From the human T2T-CHM13v2.0 reference genome, Homo sapiens, in the NCBI RefSeq assembly GCF_009914755.1, contig NC_060925.1: a DNA stretch of 64,000 nt. One strand, 5' to 3'. Shown piece by piece: positions 30,301-44,089 of this stretch. Position numbers and translations under genes: made by a program. How positions within the stretch are numbered: the first letter of the stretch is position 1; each line of letters begins with the position of its first letter. Below the pieces are notes generated by a model that did not search any database, was not told the DNA's origin, and saw nothing but the letters and a program-made list of their open reading frames with translations.

Positions 30301-32385
30301 AACACTGTAATTATGATGTCTAAACTACTCAAGTAGAAAGACTAAATGATGAATGAATAAAAAATAATAACTACAACAATTTTTCAAGACAGTACAAGAA
30401 GATATAAACAGAAATAACAGAAAGTTAAAAAGTAGAGAATGAGGTTGAGGCATAGTTTTTAATTAGTTTTCTTTTTGCTTTATGCAAACAGTGTTGTTAT
30501 AATCTTAAAATAATGTGTCATAAAATAGTGTTTGCAAGCCTCAGTGGTAACCTCTAATCAAAAAGCCTACAACAGATGACACAAAAAATAAGCAAAAAAC
30601 TAAATCATATTACCAGAGAAAATCACCTTCACTAAAAGGAAGACAAGAAAGAAAGAAAGAAGAGAAGACCACAAAACAACCAGAAAACAAATAAAAAATG
30701 GCTGGAGTAAGTCCTTACTTATCAATAATAAAACTGAATGTAAATGGACTAAACTCTCCAGTTAATAGACAGAGAATGGCTGAATGGATAAAAATTCAAG
30801 AGCCAATGATCTGTTGCCTACAAGAAATACACTTTACCTGTAAAGACACATATTGAATGAAAATAAAGAAATGGAAAAAGATACTCCATGCCAATGGAAA
30901 CCAAAAAAGAGCAGGAATAGCTATATTTATGTGAGACAAAATAGATTTCAAGACAAAAACTATAAGAAGAGAAAAAGAAGATTACGTAATGATAAAGGGG
31001 TCAATTCAGCAAGAGGGTTTAACAATTTTAAATATATATGCACCAACACTGGAGGACCCAGATATATAAAGCAAATATTATTAAAGCTAAAGAGAGATAT
31101 AGGCCCCAATACAATAATAGCTGGAGACTTTGGTCTGGGCAAAAATTTCTTGAGTAATACCCCATGAGCAAAGGCAACCAAAGCAAAAATGGACAAATGG
31201 GATCACGTCAAATTAAGAAGCTTCTGTACAGCAAAGGGAACAATCAACAAAGTGAGGAGAGAACTCAGAGAATGGGAGAAAATATTTGCAAGCTACCCAC
31301 CTGACAAAGGATTAGTAATCAGAAAAATAAGGAGCTCAAACAACTCTACAGGAAAAAAAAAATCTAATAATCTGATTACAAAATGGGCAAAAGATTTGAA
31401 TAGACATTTCTCAAAAGAAGACATACAAATGGCAAACAGGCATATGAAATGGTGCCCAACATCACTGATCATCGGAGAAGTGCAAATCAAACCACAATGA
31501 AATATCATCTCACCCCAGTTGAAATGGCTTATATCCAAATGAGGTAATAACGAATTCTGGCAGGGATGTGGAGAAAAGGGAACCCTTTAATGTTGTTGGC
31601 AGGAAAGTAAATTAGTACAACCACTATGGAGAACAATTTGGAGGTTCCTCAAAAAACTAAAAATAGAGCTACCATATGATCCAGCAATCCCACTGCTGGG
31701 TATGTACCTAAAAGAATGGAAATCAGTGTATCAAAGAGATACCTGCACTCCCATGTTTGTTGCAGCACAGTTCACAACAGCCAAGATTTGGAGGCAACCT
31801 AAGTGTCCATCAACAGATGAATAAAGAAAATGTACATATACATAATGGAGTAGTATTCAGCCATTAAAAATAATGGTATTCTGTCATTTGAAACAATATG
31901 GATGGAACTGGAGTTGATTATGCTAAGTGAAATAAGCCAGGCACAGAAAGACAAACATCAAAACCACAATGAGATATTATCATGTTCTCACTTATTTGTG
32001 GGATCTGAAAATCAAAACAATTGAACTCATGGAGATAGAGAGTAGAAGAATGATTACCAGAGACTGGGAAGGGGAGTGGGAGGGTAGCAGGGAGGTGGGG
32101 ATAATTAATGGGTACAAAACAAATAGAAAGAAAGAATAAGACCTAGTATTTGATAGGACAACAAGTGACTATAGTCAATAATAATTTAACTATACATTTT
32201 AAAATAACAAGTCTAACTGGATTATTGGTAATACAAAGGACAAATTGTTGAGGGGATGGATACCCCATTTTCCATAATGTGATTATTATGCATTGCATGC
32301 CTGTATCAAAACATCTCATGTACTCCATAAATACACATACCTACTATGTCCCCACAAAAATTAAAGTAAAACAAATTTTTAAAAA
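27372..32385 (+). mobile_element. L1MA1-3-like LINE-1 with 5' UTR, decayed ORF1, ORF2 lacking the RT region, and 3' UTR
   Basis: Starts ggggtggagcaagatggc (YY1-type motif) and has a repeated 5' UTR unit. ORF1 C-terminal remnant at 30044-30235. ORF2 start at 30698 (MAGVSPYLSII.LNVNGLNSP). C-terminal remnant [17 protein letters not shown]1MA-type 3' end. Multiple stops, so inactive. Confidence 0.9.
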
Positions 32386-32635
32386 GTCAATAGGCAATAT
32401 TAAACTGAAAACTTTAAGAAATAGCAATATAAATATGTAATACTAGAAATACAGAGGTCAACAGAAGACAGCTAAAACAGTTGAGAGTAGTTTCCTTTCA
32501 AGAGTGAAATTAGAGAATGGTAAAGAATAGGGTTGGGGACCACTGTATTTTGTTATAAGTTTATAGAACAATTTAACATTCTAAACTATGTATAAAAATA
32601 GTGTGATAGAAAAATTCAACTTAACAAGTGCCTAA

Positions 32636-32960
32636 GGCCAGGTGCAGTGGCTTATGCCTGTAACCCCAGCACTTTGGGAGGCTGAGGTAAGAAGATTCTT
32701 TGAGGCCAGGAGTTCAAGACCAGCCTGAGCACATAGTGAGACTCCATCTCTACAAAAAATAAAAAAATTAGTGAGGCATGGTAGTGGATGCCTACAGTCC
32801 CAGCTAATCAGAAGGCTGAGGCAGAAGGATTGCTTGTGCCCAGGAGTTTGAGACTACATATGATGAGCTATGACTGTACCACTGCACTTTAGCCTGAAAG
32901 ACAGAGTGAGACCCTGCCTCAAAAAGCCCAAAAAACAAACAAACAAAAAACAAAACAAAA
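32636..32960 (+). mobile_element. AluJ
   Basis: AluJ diagnostics and diverged TSD caagtgc(c/t)ta. Confidence 0.9.
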
Positions 32961-32999
32961 CCAAGTGCTTAGGAAACATACAGGAAAAATAGAAACAAT

Positions 33000-33232
33000 A
33001 ATAATACAGTCATCATAACAGCTAACATCCACTTATTTGTTATTGTTTATTCCTTACAACAATGCTATGAGGTAGGTACTACCATTTTCTCTATTTTATA
33101 GATAAGTAAACTGAGAGAGAGAGAGAGGGTCAGTATTTTGCTCAGGATCACCCAGTTAGTAAGTGATTAAACTGGAATTGGAAGTCAGGCACCTCAGTTC
33201 CAGGGCCTACGCACTTAATCAGTGTACTCTAC
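33000..33232 (-). mobile_element. MIR
   Basis: ccttacaacaatgctatgaggtaggtact...attttatagataagtaaactgag. Confidence 0.75.
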
Positions 33233-33264
33233 TCCTTAGATTTCATTTTAAATTTATTCTACAA

Positions 33265-33760
33265 ATATTTTATGCAACAAACATTTATTGCCTAATAGCG
33301 CCAGGCACTGTTTTTGGTATTGGGGCTACATGAGTGAGTAAAACAAAGACCATGTATTCACGAAGCTTAAAAAGAGGAAAAATAGAGACAATAGGGAAGA
33401 CACATAAAGCAGGGAGAGGGGACAGGGTATGATGGTACTGGTGGACAGTGGACCTTACACTGAGCAGAGAATTGAAGGAAATGAGGAGAAAGCCATATGG
33501 GTACTTGTAGACAGAGTGTTCTGGCAGAGGTAACAGCAGGTGCAAAGGCCCTGAGATGTGAGTGTGGATGGTGTGCTGGAGCAACCACTAAGAGGCCAGT
33601 GTGTCTGGAGCTCACGGTGAATAAGAGTTGAAGTGGGAGGAGATGAGGTCAGGGAGGAAGCCACAAGGGGTGAGTCACATCACATATAGTCTTGTAGGCC
33701 AAAAAGAAAAGACTTCAGTTTTTACTTGGAATGAAAGAGAAAGCCACTAAAGATTTTATT
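33265..33760 (-). mobile_element. L2 remnant
   Basis: caacaaacatttattg...ccaggcactgtt...aacagcaggtgcaaaggccctgag. Confidence 0.75.
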
Positions 33761-34235
33761 TAAAAAAAAATAGTTTGAAGAGTTTTGACAGTTTCCCTAT
33801 CATCCTGGTGCCTGACATACATAAACTTCAAATCCTTAAAGTATACAATTTGATAAGTTTTGACACATTCATACACACGTGAAACCATCACTATAATCAA
33901 GATAATGAACATATCTATCATCCCAAAAGTTTCTACATGCCCATTTGTAGCCCTTTCCTCCCACATCCCCCTGGTCCTCACCCCATGTCTGGGCAACAAC
34001 TGATCTGCTTTCTTTCACTATGTAGTAGTTTATGTTTCCTAGAATTTTACATAAATGTGTTATGTGTATCAATTCTTCATTCCTTTTTATTGGTGACTGA
34101 ATTGCTTTCCACTGTATGGATATACCAACATTGTTTATCCATATACTCTCTGTCGAAGTTTTAGTATATATTGGTTGTTTCCTTTTTGCTTTTACTATTA
34201 TGAATAAAGATGCTACAAATATTTGTATACCAATC

Positions 34236-34608
34236 TTGTTTTGTTTGTTTGTTTGTTTGAGACAGTCTCATTCTGTCTCTGTCGCCCAGGCTAGAGTGCA
34301 GTGGTACAATCTTGGCTCACTGCAACCTCTGCCTCCCAGGCTCAAGCAATCCTCCTACCTTGGCCTCCTGAGTAGATGGGACTATAGGCATGCGCCACCA
34401 TGCCTGACTAATATTTTTACTTTTTGTAGAGATGGCATCTCACTATGTTGCCCAGGATGGCCTTGAGCTTTAGAGCTCAAGCAGTCCTCCCACCTTGGCC
34501 TCCCAAAGTGTTGAGATTACAGGTATAAGCCACTGTGCCTAGACCCCCCATTGCTTTTTTTGGAGACAGGGTCTTGCTCTATCACCCAGGCTGGAGTGCA
34601 GTGGTGTG
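34236..34608 (-). mobile_element. AluJ plus an adjacent Alu 3' fragment (34555-34608)
   Basis: Reverse Alu with a (GTTT)n tail, followed by a second short fragment. Confidence 0.85.
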
Positions 34609-35110
34609 GTGTGTACAAGTCTTTTAAGTATTCACGTGGAATGCATAGTAGGTCTATGTTTAACATTTTAGGAAACTTCAAAACTGGTTTCCAGAATGTA
34701 ATATAGTACATTCATTTTGTTATTTTAGCTATTCTAATTGTTGTGAGTGATACCTCATTGTGGTTTTACTTTCCATTTTCCTAATGAGTAATGATGTTTA
34801 ACATCTTTGCATATGCAATTTTCCATTTACATATCTTCTTTGGTGAGGTGTCCAGTCAAACTTTTCCTTATTGTTTAATTGGATTGATTTCTTATTACTG
34901 AGTTTTCAGAGTTGTTTACATATTCTTGATATAAATATTTTATAAGATATGTGATTGCAAATATTTTTTCCAGGTCTGTGGCTTTTCATTTTCTGAAGTG
35001 TCATTTGAAGAACATAAGTTTTAAATTTTCATAAATTCCAATTTATCAATTTATTCTTTCCTGGATTGTGTTCTGAAGTTTTATCAAAGCAATCTTTGCT
35101 GAAGCCAACA

Positions 35111-35940
35111 TATGTTGGTTACTTTTAACCAACATACCAAGTCAATTTGACTGGGTCATGAGGTGCCTAGGCATTTGGTCAAATATTATTGTGTCTATGT
35201 CTGTGAGGGTGTTTCCAGATGAGATTAACATTTGAATTGGTAGACTGAGTAGATTTATCTCCTAAATGTGGGTGAGCCTCTTCTAATCAATTGTTTTTTA
35301 GAACACAAAAAGGATGAGTACAAAAAGGATGAGTAAGAGGTACCTCTTCCTACCTGACTACTCAGGTTGAACATCAGTTTCCTGCTTTTGGATTGGAACT
35401 AAAAAATTGGCTTTTCTTGGGTCTCGAGTCTGTCGACTATCAGACTAGAAGTTACATCACAGGTTTTCCTGGTTCTCAGGCCCTCAGACTCAGACTAGAT
35501 CTACACCACTGGTTCTCCTGAGTCTCCAGCTTGTCAGCTGAAGATCTTGGGACTTCTCTGTCTCTATAATTGTGTGAGCCAATTCCTTCAAATAAATCTT
35601 TCTATATATAATTATTTATATATATATATATATATATGATGCACATATACACGTGTGCATATATATGTATACACATACACATGCATATGCACACGTGTAT
35701 ACATATATACACACATATACTTATATATACACGTGTATACACATATGAACATATATGTGTATATATGTGTGCATAGAGGTGATATATGTGCATATGTATA
35801 TAAATACATAGGAGGTATAGGTATATATAGGATGGATATATATCTATATCCCATATAGATATATATGTATATGTGTATATAGATATATATATTTACTTAT
35901 ATGAACTGAGTTTCTCTGAAGAACCCTGCCTATAAATACA
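35111..35940 (+). mobile_element. MLT2D-like ERVL LTR with an expanded internal TA/CA tract
   Basis: gtcaatttgactggg...gtgtttccagatgagattaacatttgaattggtagactgagt...gtttctctgaagaaccctg. Confidence 0.75.
35603..35902. repeat. Complex (TA)n/(CA)n/(TG)n alternating purine-pyrimidine tract
   Basis: Directly visible. Confidence 0.95.
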
Positions 35941-36049
35941 CCAAAGTTGCAAAGATTTTCTCCTGTGTTTTCTTGAGGTTTTATATGTTTAGGTTTTACA
36001 TTTAGGTCTGTTATCCATGTGGGTTAAGTTTTCTATGTGGTATATACAC

Positions 36050-36487
36050 ATAAATATATTTACTATAGAAATTGGCTCATGTGATTATGGAGGCTGAGAA
36101 GTCCCACAATCTGTGGTCTGCAAAATGGAGAAGTAGGAAAGTTGGTGGAGTAATTCAGCTGAAAGCTAGGGAGTAATGGGGTAAGACTTCATCTGAGTTT
36201 GTGGGCCCAAGAAACAGGAGTGCTGATGTCTGAGGGCAAGAGAATATGGATCTCTCAGATCAAGAGGAGAAAATAAATTTGCCATTCCTCTGCCTTTATG
36301 TTTTATTCAGGCCCTTAATAGATTGTATGATGCCCATCTGCATAAGAGAGATCTTTACTCAGTCTACCGATTCAAATGCTAGTCTCTTCCAGAAACACCC
36401 TTACGGACAAACCCAGAAATATTTATTGAGCAGCTATCTGGGCATCTCTTAGCCCAGTCAAATTGACACATAAAATTAACCATTACA
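36050..36487 (-). mobile_element. MLT2B-like ERVL LTR
   Basis: gaaattggctcatgtgattatggaggctgagaagtccc...cccagtcaaattgacacataaaattaaccattaca. Confidence 0.8.
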
Positions 36488-36703
36488 TGGTGTACGGTGT
36501 TAGGTGTGGGTTGAATATCTTTTTTTTTTTTTTTTGCAAATGACAATATACTTGATCCAGTACTATTTGTTGAAAAGACTGTCAAACTTTCTCCACTGAC
36601 TTTGTAAATTGGTGAAAATCAGTTAGTTGTCTGTGCACATGTGGCTGTATTTCTTGACCTCTATTTCTCTCTAATGATCTGTTTTTCTATCTTCATATAA
36701 ATG

Positions 36704-36971
36704 TAGTCAGGCATCAATTAATGACAAGGATACAAACCTGATGGTGTAGCCTACTACACACCTAGGCTCTATGGTATAGCCTATTGCTTCTAGGGTACAA
36801 ACCTGTACTGAATCCTGTAGGCAACTGTAATATGGTGGTAAGTATTTGTGTATCTAAACATAACTAAACATGGGAAAGGTACAGTAAAAATATGGTATTG
36901 TAATCTTCTGGGACCACTGTCATATATGTGATCCGTCACTGACTGAAATGTCCTTATGTGGTGCATGACTG
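36704..36971 (+). mobile_element. Tigger3a-like TcMar DNA transposon, internally deleted
   Basis: tagcctactacacacctaggct motif and terminal catgactg followed by TA. Confidence 0.75.
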
Positions 36972-37454
36972 TACCAGACTGTCTTAATTAACATAGCTTT
37001 ATAATAAAGTCTTCAAATAACGTAGTGTTAGCATTTCAACTTTATTTTTCTTGTTGAAAGTTGTTTGGGCTAAGTCCTTTGCATTTCCATATGAAATTTA
37101 GAATTAGCTTATCCATTTCTATAAAATTGCCTGCTGGGATTTTGATTTAGATAGTATTTAATCCATAGACAATTTGAAGAAAACCGATCTTAAGATATTG
37201 AGTCTTCTGACCCATGAACAAGGTGTATCTCTCCAGTTATGCAGATCTTAAGACCTAAATAAATATCTGGTTCTTGATTATGTGTTCTTTTTCTTGCTTC
37301 ATATTGTTAATATCTTCCTATATCTATTTTGATTAATATTTATCATGCTAATTAGAATTTTGTTGACTCTCTTGTGCTAACATTTCTGCTTCTATTGGAA
37401 TCTGTAATCCAATCGATTGTTTTTCTTTTGAAAAGGCTGTTCTTGTCAAATGTC

Positions 37455-37692
37455 TTTTTTCTTTTTGTTTTGTTTTTTGAGACAGGGTCTTATTCTGTTG
37501 CCCACACTGGAGTGCACTAGCATGATCATGGCTCACTGCAGCCTCGACTGCCCAGTTAGTTTTTAAATGTTTTATAGAGACAGAGTCTCACTATGTTGCA
37601 CTGGCTGGTCTTGAACTCCTGGGCTCAAGTGATCCTCCCGCCTTGGCCTTCCAAAGTGCTGGGATTACAGGTGTGAGCTACTCTGCCTGGCC
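37455..37692 (-). mobile_element. AluJ with an internal deletion in the right arm
   Basis: Reverse Alu with TSD tcaaa(t/c)gtctt. Confidence 0.85.
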
Positions 37693-38485
37693 TCTTCAAA
37701 CGTCTTGTCTTAGCCTATGAGTTCATCTTCCTCTGAGAATATTGGCTAGTCTGTCAGGCAATGGCATGTGGAAAGCAACTGGGGTTGTGAGCCTTAGAGT
37801 GGAGAGGCTCTGGCACCGGAAAACCACAGTCATCACACCCCATCCCATGAAATAACCCCTTTGGTTAGGAGAATACCTTTTCCCTCTTCTCACTCCCAGA
37901 GAGGAGCAGGACTAATTCTTCAGCACTGGGTTTTAGAGGGGCTGCAGCAAGGACATGATAATCTTTCACCTAGTTCCATGAAGCTCCTCAAAAACAGCAC
38001 TGTGAACTACTGAGTTTATTTCAGAAAACACTTAGACCAGAGGTCTGAGTCTTTGTGTGGGGCAGGCAGCAGTTCTCCCAAGGCAATGGCCAATGATAAA
38101 ACAGTACAGAATTGTATTTCATATTTTATTCTCCCTGTATTTCATATTTTATTTTCCCTCAGCCAGGCTGGATTGCCTCCTGTCTCAAGTCAAAGCCACC
38201 CTGCTTTACATACACAAGTTTAAGATAGCACCTATAATACCAAGGGCTTCTTGAAGTTTCCTATGTATTTTCTCTTTCTAAATTTCTGCTGGGTTGATCT
38301 TCAGGGAGGTGGCAGTAATCCTGTAGTTCAGAAACTTGATTGTAACAGGAGCTGGGACCGAATTTCTAATATAAATAAACATTTAAGGCAGTAGAATTTC
38401 CTCCAATTACCATCTAATTGCAATCCACATGTCTTGATATTAATATAGTTGCTTCTGACACATGAGTTGCTTGGAAGAGTACTTC

Positions 38486-39099
<614 letters not shown>

Positions 39100-39759
39100 T
39101 TTAACTGTAACCTTTAAAAAAAAAAAATTTGGTACTGATTTCTAACTGAATCACATTCCAGTAAAGGAATATATTTTTTATGATCCATATTCACTGAAAT
39201 TTGTTGATACTAGCTTTATGGCCTGGTAAGTGATTAATTTTGTAAGTGTTGTATGTGTCTTTGAGAAGAATGTGTTTTTACTACCAGTTTGGATGCAAGG
39301 TTTTATATAATATTACTAATTTCAGCTTGCTAATTTTGTGTTACAGAAATTTTCCATTTATAAATTTTCTGGGTGGCTTAAGCTATCAATAATAGCAGTG
39401 TTATGATGGTGGGTTAGTAAGTTTCTCCATGTTCTCCTATTGCTCTTTGCTTTATACATTTTGAGGTTATTTGAGTGCCTATACACTGAATCTTTTATCC
39501 TAAAATAATGACTTTTTAAAACTTGGTAAAGTTTTTTTTCCTAAATCACTTTGGTATGAGAGCTTTCTTTATAATGCATCTAGCATATATCCTGTTCCTT
39601 CTTTAGTTTTCCACCCTTCCCTGTCATTATATTTCAGGTGTGTCTTTTATAAAGAACATATACTGGATATTTCCAGTAAGTCCAACCTAATTAGTTCTGC
39701 TTTTAACTGACATGTTTAATCATAAATTATTTTATTTTATTTTAATTTTTAAAAAACTA

Positions 39760-40040
39760 TTTTTTTTTTGAGACAGGGTCTTACTGTGTTGCCCAGGCTG
39801 AAGTGCAGTGGCATGATCATGGCTCACTGTAAGGTCCAACTCCTGGGCTCAAGTAGTCCTCCTGCCTCAGCTTGCTGTGTAGCTGGGACTACAGACATGC
39901 ACCGCCATAGACTATTTAAAATTTTTTTTTTTTTTGTAGAGACAGAGTCTTGCATGTTGCCCATGGTGGTCTCAAACTCCTTGTCTCAAGTAATCTCAAA
40001 GTGCTGTGGCTTAACAGGTGTGGGCCTCTTCGAGCAGCCA
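39760..40040 (-). mobile_element. AluJ
   Basis: Reverse, diverged, with gatcatggctcactg diagnostic. Confidence 0.85.
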
Positions 40041-40160
40041 ACCATAAATATTTCCTGTGATTACTGATCTGTGTGTGTGTGTTTATGTGTATGATTCAAT
40101 TGTCTAATTTTATGCTTTCTATGTATCTTATTTTCTCAATGCTTTTTCTTTTCTCTTCAC

Positions 40161-40271
40161 TTTTTTTTTTTTTTGGTAGAGATGGAGGGTATCACTATTT
40201 TGCCCAGGCTGGTCTCAAGCTCCTGGCCTCAAGCAATCCTCCTGTTTCAGCCTTCCAAAGTGCTGGAATTA
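40161..40271 (-). mobile_element. FLAM / Alu left-monomer fragment
   Basis: ttgcccaggctggtctcaagctcctggcctcaagcaatcctcc. Confidence 0.8.
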
Positions 40272-40627
40272 ACTATTTTTAAATAGTTAATTAATCCATT
40301 TTTAAAAAATGGATTATTTGACGGGGGCAATATTTTAATTACATTTCCCCCTTCCACTGGTTTGGCAATTATATACTCTCTTTCTATTGACTTAGTAGTT
40401 ATTTAGATATTTTACCAATGAATACTTAATGTAGTCTTATCAAGTATCAAATGCTTAACTGACTAATGAAGTAGACATCTTAAACAATTCAAGGACCTTA
40501 CATTGGACTTTAACTATAATCGCCAACCCTGCAAACTTAACACGCTATTGCTGTCCATTATTTTATTTTCTTTTATTTATTTTCTTTTTTGTTTGTTTGT
40601 TTTGTCCATTGTTTTAGATTGCCTTTA

Positions 40628-40987
<360 letters not shown>

Positions 40988-42739
40988 TTACATTATTACA
41001 ATTATCACTTTATAGAAGCAATGATTATTTATATAAACATTTTAATCAGTATATTGGCTCGTTATTCATTCTTGCATCTCAGAACTTCCTTGGGACTTTT
41101 ATGAAATACACCCTTTAAAACTTCTTCGCAAAGGTCTGTAAATATTCCTCGTTTTTGAAAATCTTTATTTTACTTCATCTTTGTACATGAAAGATGGGTT
41201 TCCAGGTACATAGTTCCAGGTTGACAATTTATTTTCATGCAGCGCAATGAGGATGATTGCACTGTCTTCTGGCCTTACCGATGCTACTGAGAAATCTGAT
41301 ATATCATTGTCATTCCTTTGTAGATAATTTGCCTTTTCTCTTGATTCTTTTAACATTTGTCTTTGCTTTTGGTCTACTATGGTATATTATTAGGTGTGGA
41401 TTTCGTTTTATTTATCGTGCATGTTATTCACTGTGCTTTTTGTATCTGTATCTATGGATTTATAACTTTTACCAGGTTGGGGAATTCTTAGCGACCATCT
41501 CATCAAATTTCATGTTTTTTTCAGCTGTTCCATTCTTTTCCTCAAGGACTATGATTGATTGTATCACAGATCTTCTTTGTCTCTTAAGTACTCCTTCAGT
41601 TTTCCATCTCCTTGAATTTTTATACTATATTCTGGCTCATTCTTCAGATGTATCTTTCCTTTCACTAATTATCTCTTGAACAATCACATTTCTCATTTCT
41701 AAAAATTATATACATTTTTCACTTCTTATTGATTCATTTTTATGGTGTTTTGTTGCTTGCTCATTTTATTTCTATAAACATCTCATCCATAGTTATTTTA
41801 TAATCTATATCTTACAATTTTAGGATCTGGCAATCTTAGGAGAAAATCTCTTAGTCATTTATGTTGACTATCACTGATGGTGAATTATCCCATTTTGTGT
41901 TTGGTGATTTTTGATTGTCTAAATTAGGTATGCTGGGTAGGATTTGCATTTGCTTCTGCAGATACCCAGTGGGATCTCAGTTGGCATTAGTCTGCATGAC
42001 ATGGCACTTTGAAGCTGTATTTTGGTTACTTGGGAATGTTAAAGTCAGTGGATAGCACACTAGCACTGGGAAGCCATGGGATGCAATGGTGGCTGCTGAG
42101 GTCAGTTATCTGTTCTTAAGAATAAAATAAATGTAAATATCAGGGCAGTTTTTCTAATCAACATTCTGACAAGAAGGGTAGCCATTTTCATCTAAACAAA
42201 AATTAAGTCTTCAGAAACACCATTTGCACAATTTGAAAATATATTGTCTAAAAAACAAACTGGGAGAAATTCTTTGTATTATGGAAAAAACTAACATTGG
42301 AAAAAATGAACAAGATTATAAAAGCACTCTTTAAAAGAGACTACTTTCTTCCCAGTCTTTACTCATTTATATGTTATTAGAATACACATATTTCTCTCTC
42401 ATAAGGTCTAAATGCCACTTAAGTTTAGGGAAAGAGATTAAGCCAATTTTTTAGATTAAAAATGAATTATTAGTGTAAATGCTGATCTAAAATTCAGTAA
42501 TTAAGGGAGATAAATATTTTATTTTAAAAATTAATTATTTTTTACAAGTTTAAAAAATATAAATAAAATATCTTTTTATTCATTGCTCGTAATCCTAAAA
42601 TAGATTCCAATAAACAATACATAAAATATTTTAAGGTGACTTTTTAGAACCAAAGGCAACCTAACAACAATTCATTACATTCTTATAGGCATAGAAAAAA
42701 AGAAAATGAATGAATAAAAAGCGATTTTGAATTGCTTAC

Positions 42740-42810
42740 CTGCTGGCTGTTCTCACAGAACAATTTTTCTTGTGTCCTCTTTCAGCTCGATTATCTCTCA
42801 GAAGCTGATG
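42740..42810 (-). CDS. GPATCH2: GPATCH2 coding exon, 71 nt (probably exon 8): HQLLRDNRAERGHKKNCSVRTAS(R)
   Basis: Minus strand reads cttaacactttgtgtag|CATCAG...GCCAGCAG|gtaagc. Phase 0 in, phase 2 out. Confidence 0.95.
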
Positions 42811-43619
42811 CTACACAAAGTGTTAAGACAAAGTCATAGAAACAAAAATATTTTCATTATATTATTTTGCAAGTAGGAAAATATTCTCATTCAAAGGGAC
42901 ACTACTCATTTATTTGCACGGCTTTTTTTTTTTTTTTTTAACTGGTTTCTCTTAAAGCAAAGACTGTAAGTACTACTTTTTCTGGAGTTCAATAGTTCAG
43001 GGAGACAAGTTTTTCTTTTTAAAATTCATTCTTTATTGTCACTGTTGCAAAATTATCAGTGAGAGTTAGCAATCGAGTTCTTCCTGGACAGCTAAACTGC
43101 CCTCTTAGTCAGTTAAGATGTAGCCTGGAGATGGAAGCCTAGAACTCAGTTCTTTTTTTGGTTCACTGCAGTAGCCCTGGTTGAAGTAATGCAACCTCTC
43201 TTGTCAACGGCCTTCACTGTTGCATTCAGCTGTGAATTTTTTAAGGCTTTGTTACCTATGCTGACATAAAGAGCTAATATTATTTTCTCTGTACCTACTG
43301 GCCTAACATGGTAAAGAAACACGCTTAAAACATTCTTCTTCAAAGAAATTATTGGCTTGGAAATATATAATTAGAAAAAAACATATTTGATTGCCTCCTC
43401 AAAATGCCTTACCATCCACTTCCCTTTACACTTGCTTTACCCTAACTAATTGGAAAGAAAAAAACAAATAGTCAATATTCTTCACTATGTGCTCACTCAA
43501 ACTCTAGCTTATCTTATTTATGCAGAAAATATGATTATATGCAAGACTGGGCTAAAACGAAGTTGTACAGAATATTAGCAATTAACCCCAACAAAAATAA
43601 AAGTCTTGGAAATAATAAT

Positions 43620-43870
43620 ACAGGATAGAGCTGGGTTCTAATCCCAGCTGGGCCAGTAACTAAAAAGTCACTAGGTTCCAATAATAGCTTTACCATTTAC
43701 AACCTGTGTAACTTTAGGCAAAGTACTTAACTTCTCTAAGCCTTGGTCTCCACCTGTAAAATGGAAATAACAATAATATCTACCTGTAAAGCTACTGTGA
43801 GTATTAAGTAATATAAACCATTTAAAATATTCAGTGCTATAAAACTGGAACATAGGAAATGCTGAGAAAT
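43620..43870 (+). mobile_element. MIR
   Basis: aactttaggcaaagtacttaacttctctaagccttgg...ctgtaaaatggaaataacaata. Confidence 0.75.
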
Positions 43871-44089
43871 AATATGGCTTAAATGCTATGATTATAATTA
43901 TGATGAAAATTAATGGGACTAGCTCTCAGTAGGTATTATCTGACCAGTATCAATAATTTCTAATGACGAATAACTGCTTTGAACTGTTCAATTACATCAC
44001 TTAGAATCAATTATTAGTTTACTTAGCTGTCCTTGAGAAGGAATAGACCTTCCTTAGATGATCAAGAATATGGTTAGGCTCATTCTTTC

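Larger units (their letters stand above)
33810..37260 (-). mobile_element. Old L1M (L1MD-like) 3' portion hosting nested Alu, MLT2 and Tigger insertions
   Basis: Reverse L1 ORF2/3' UTR motifs (tatgaataaagatgctac; tacctcattgtggtttt; ttgttgaaaagactgtc) resume after each insertion. Confidence 0.7.
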
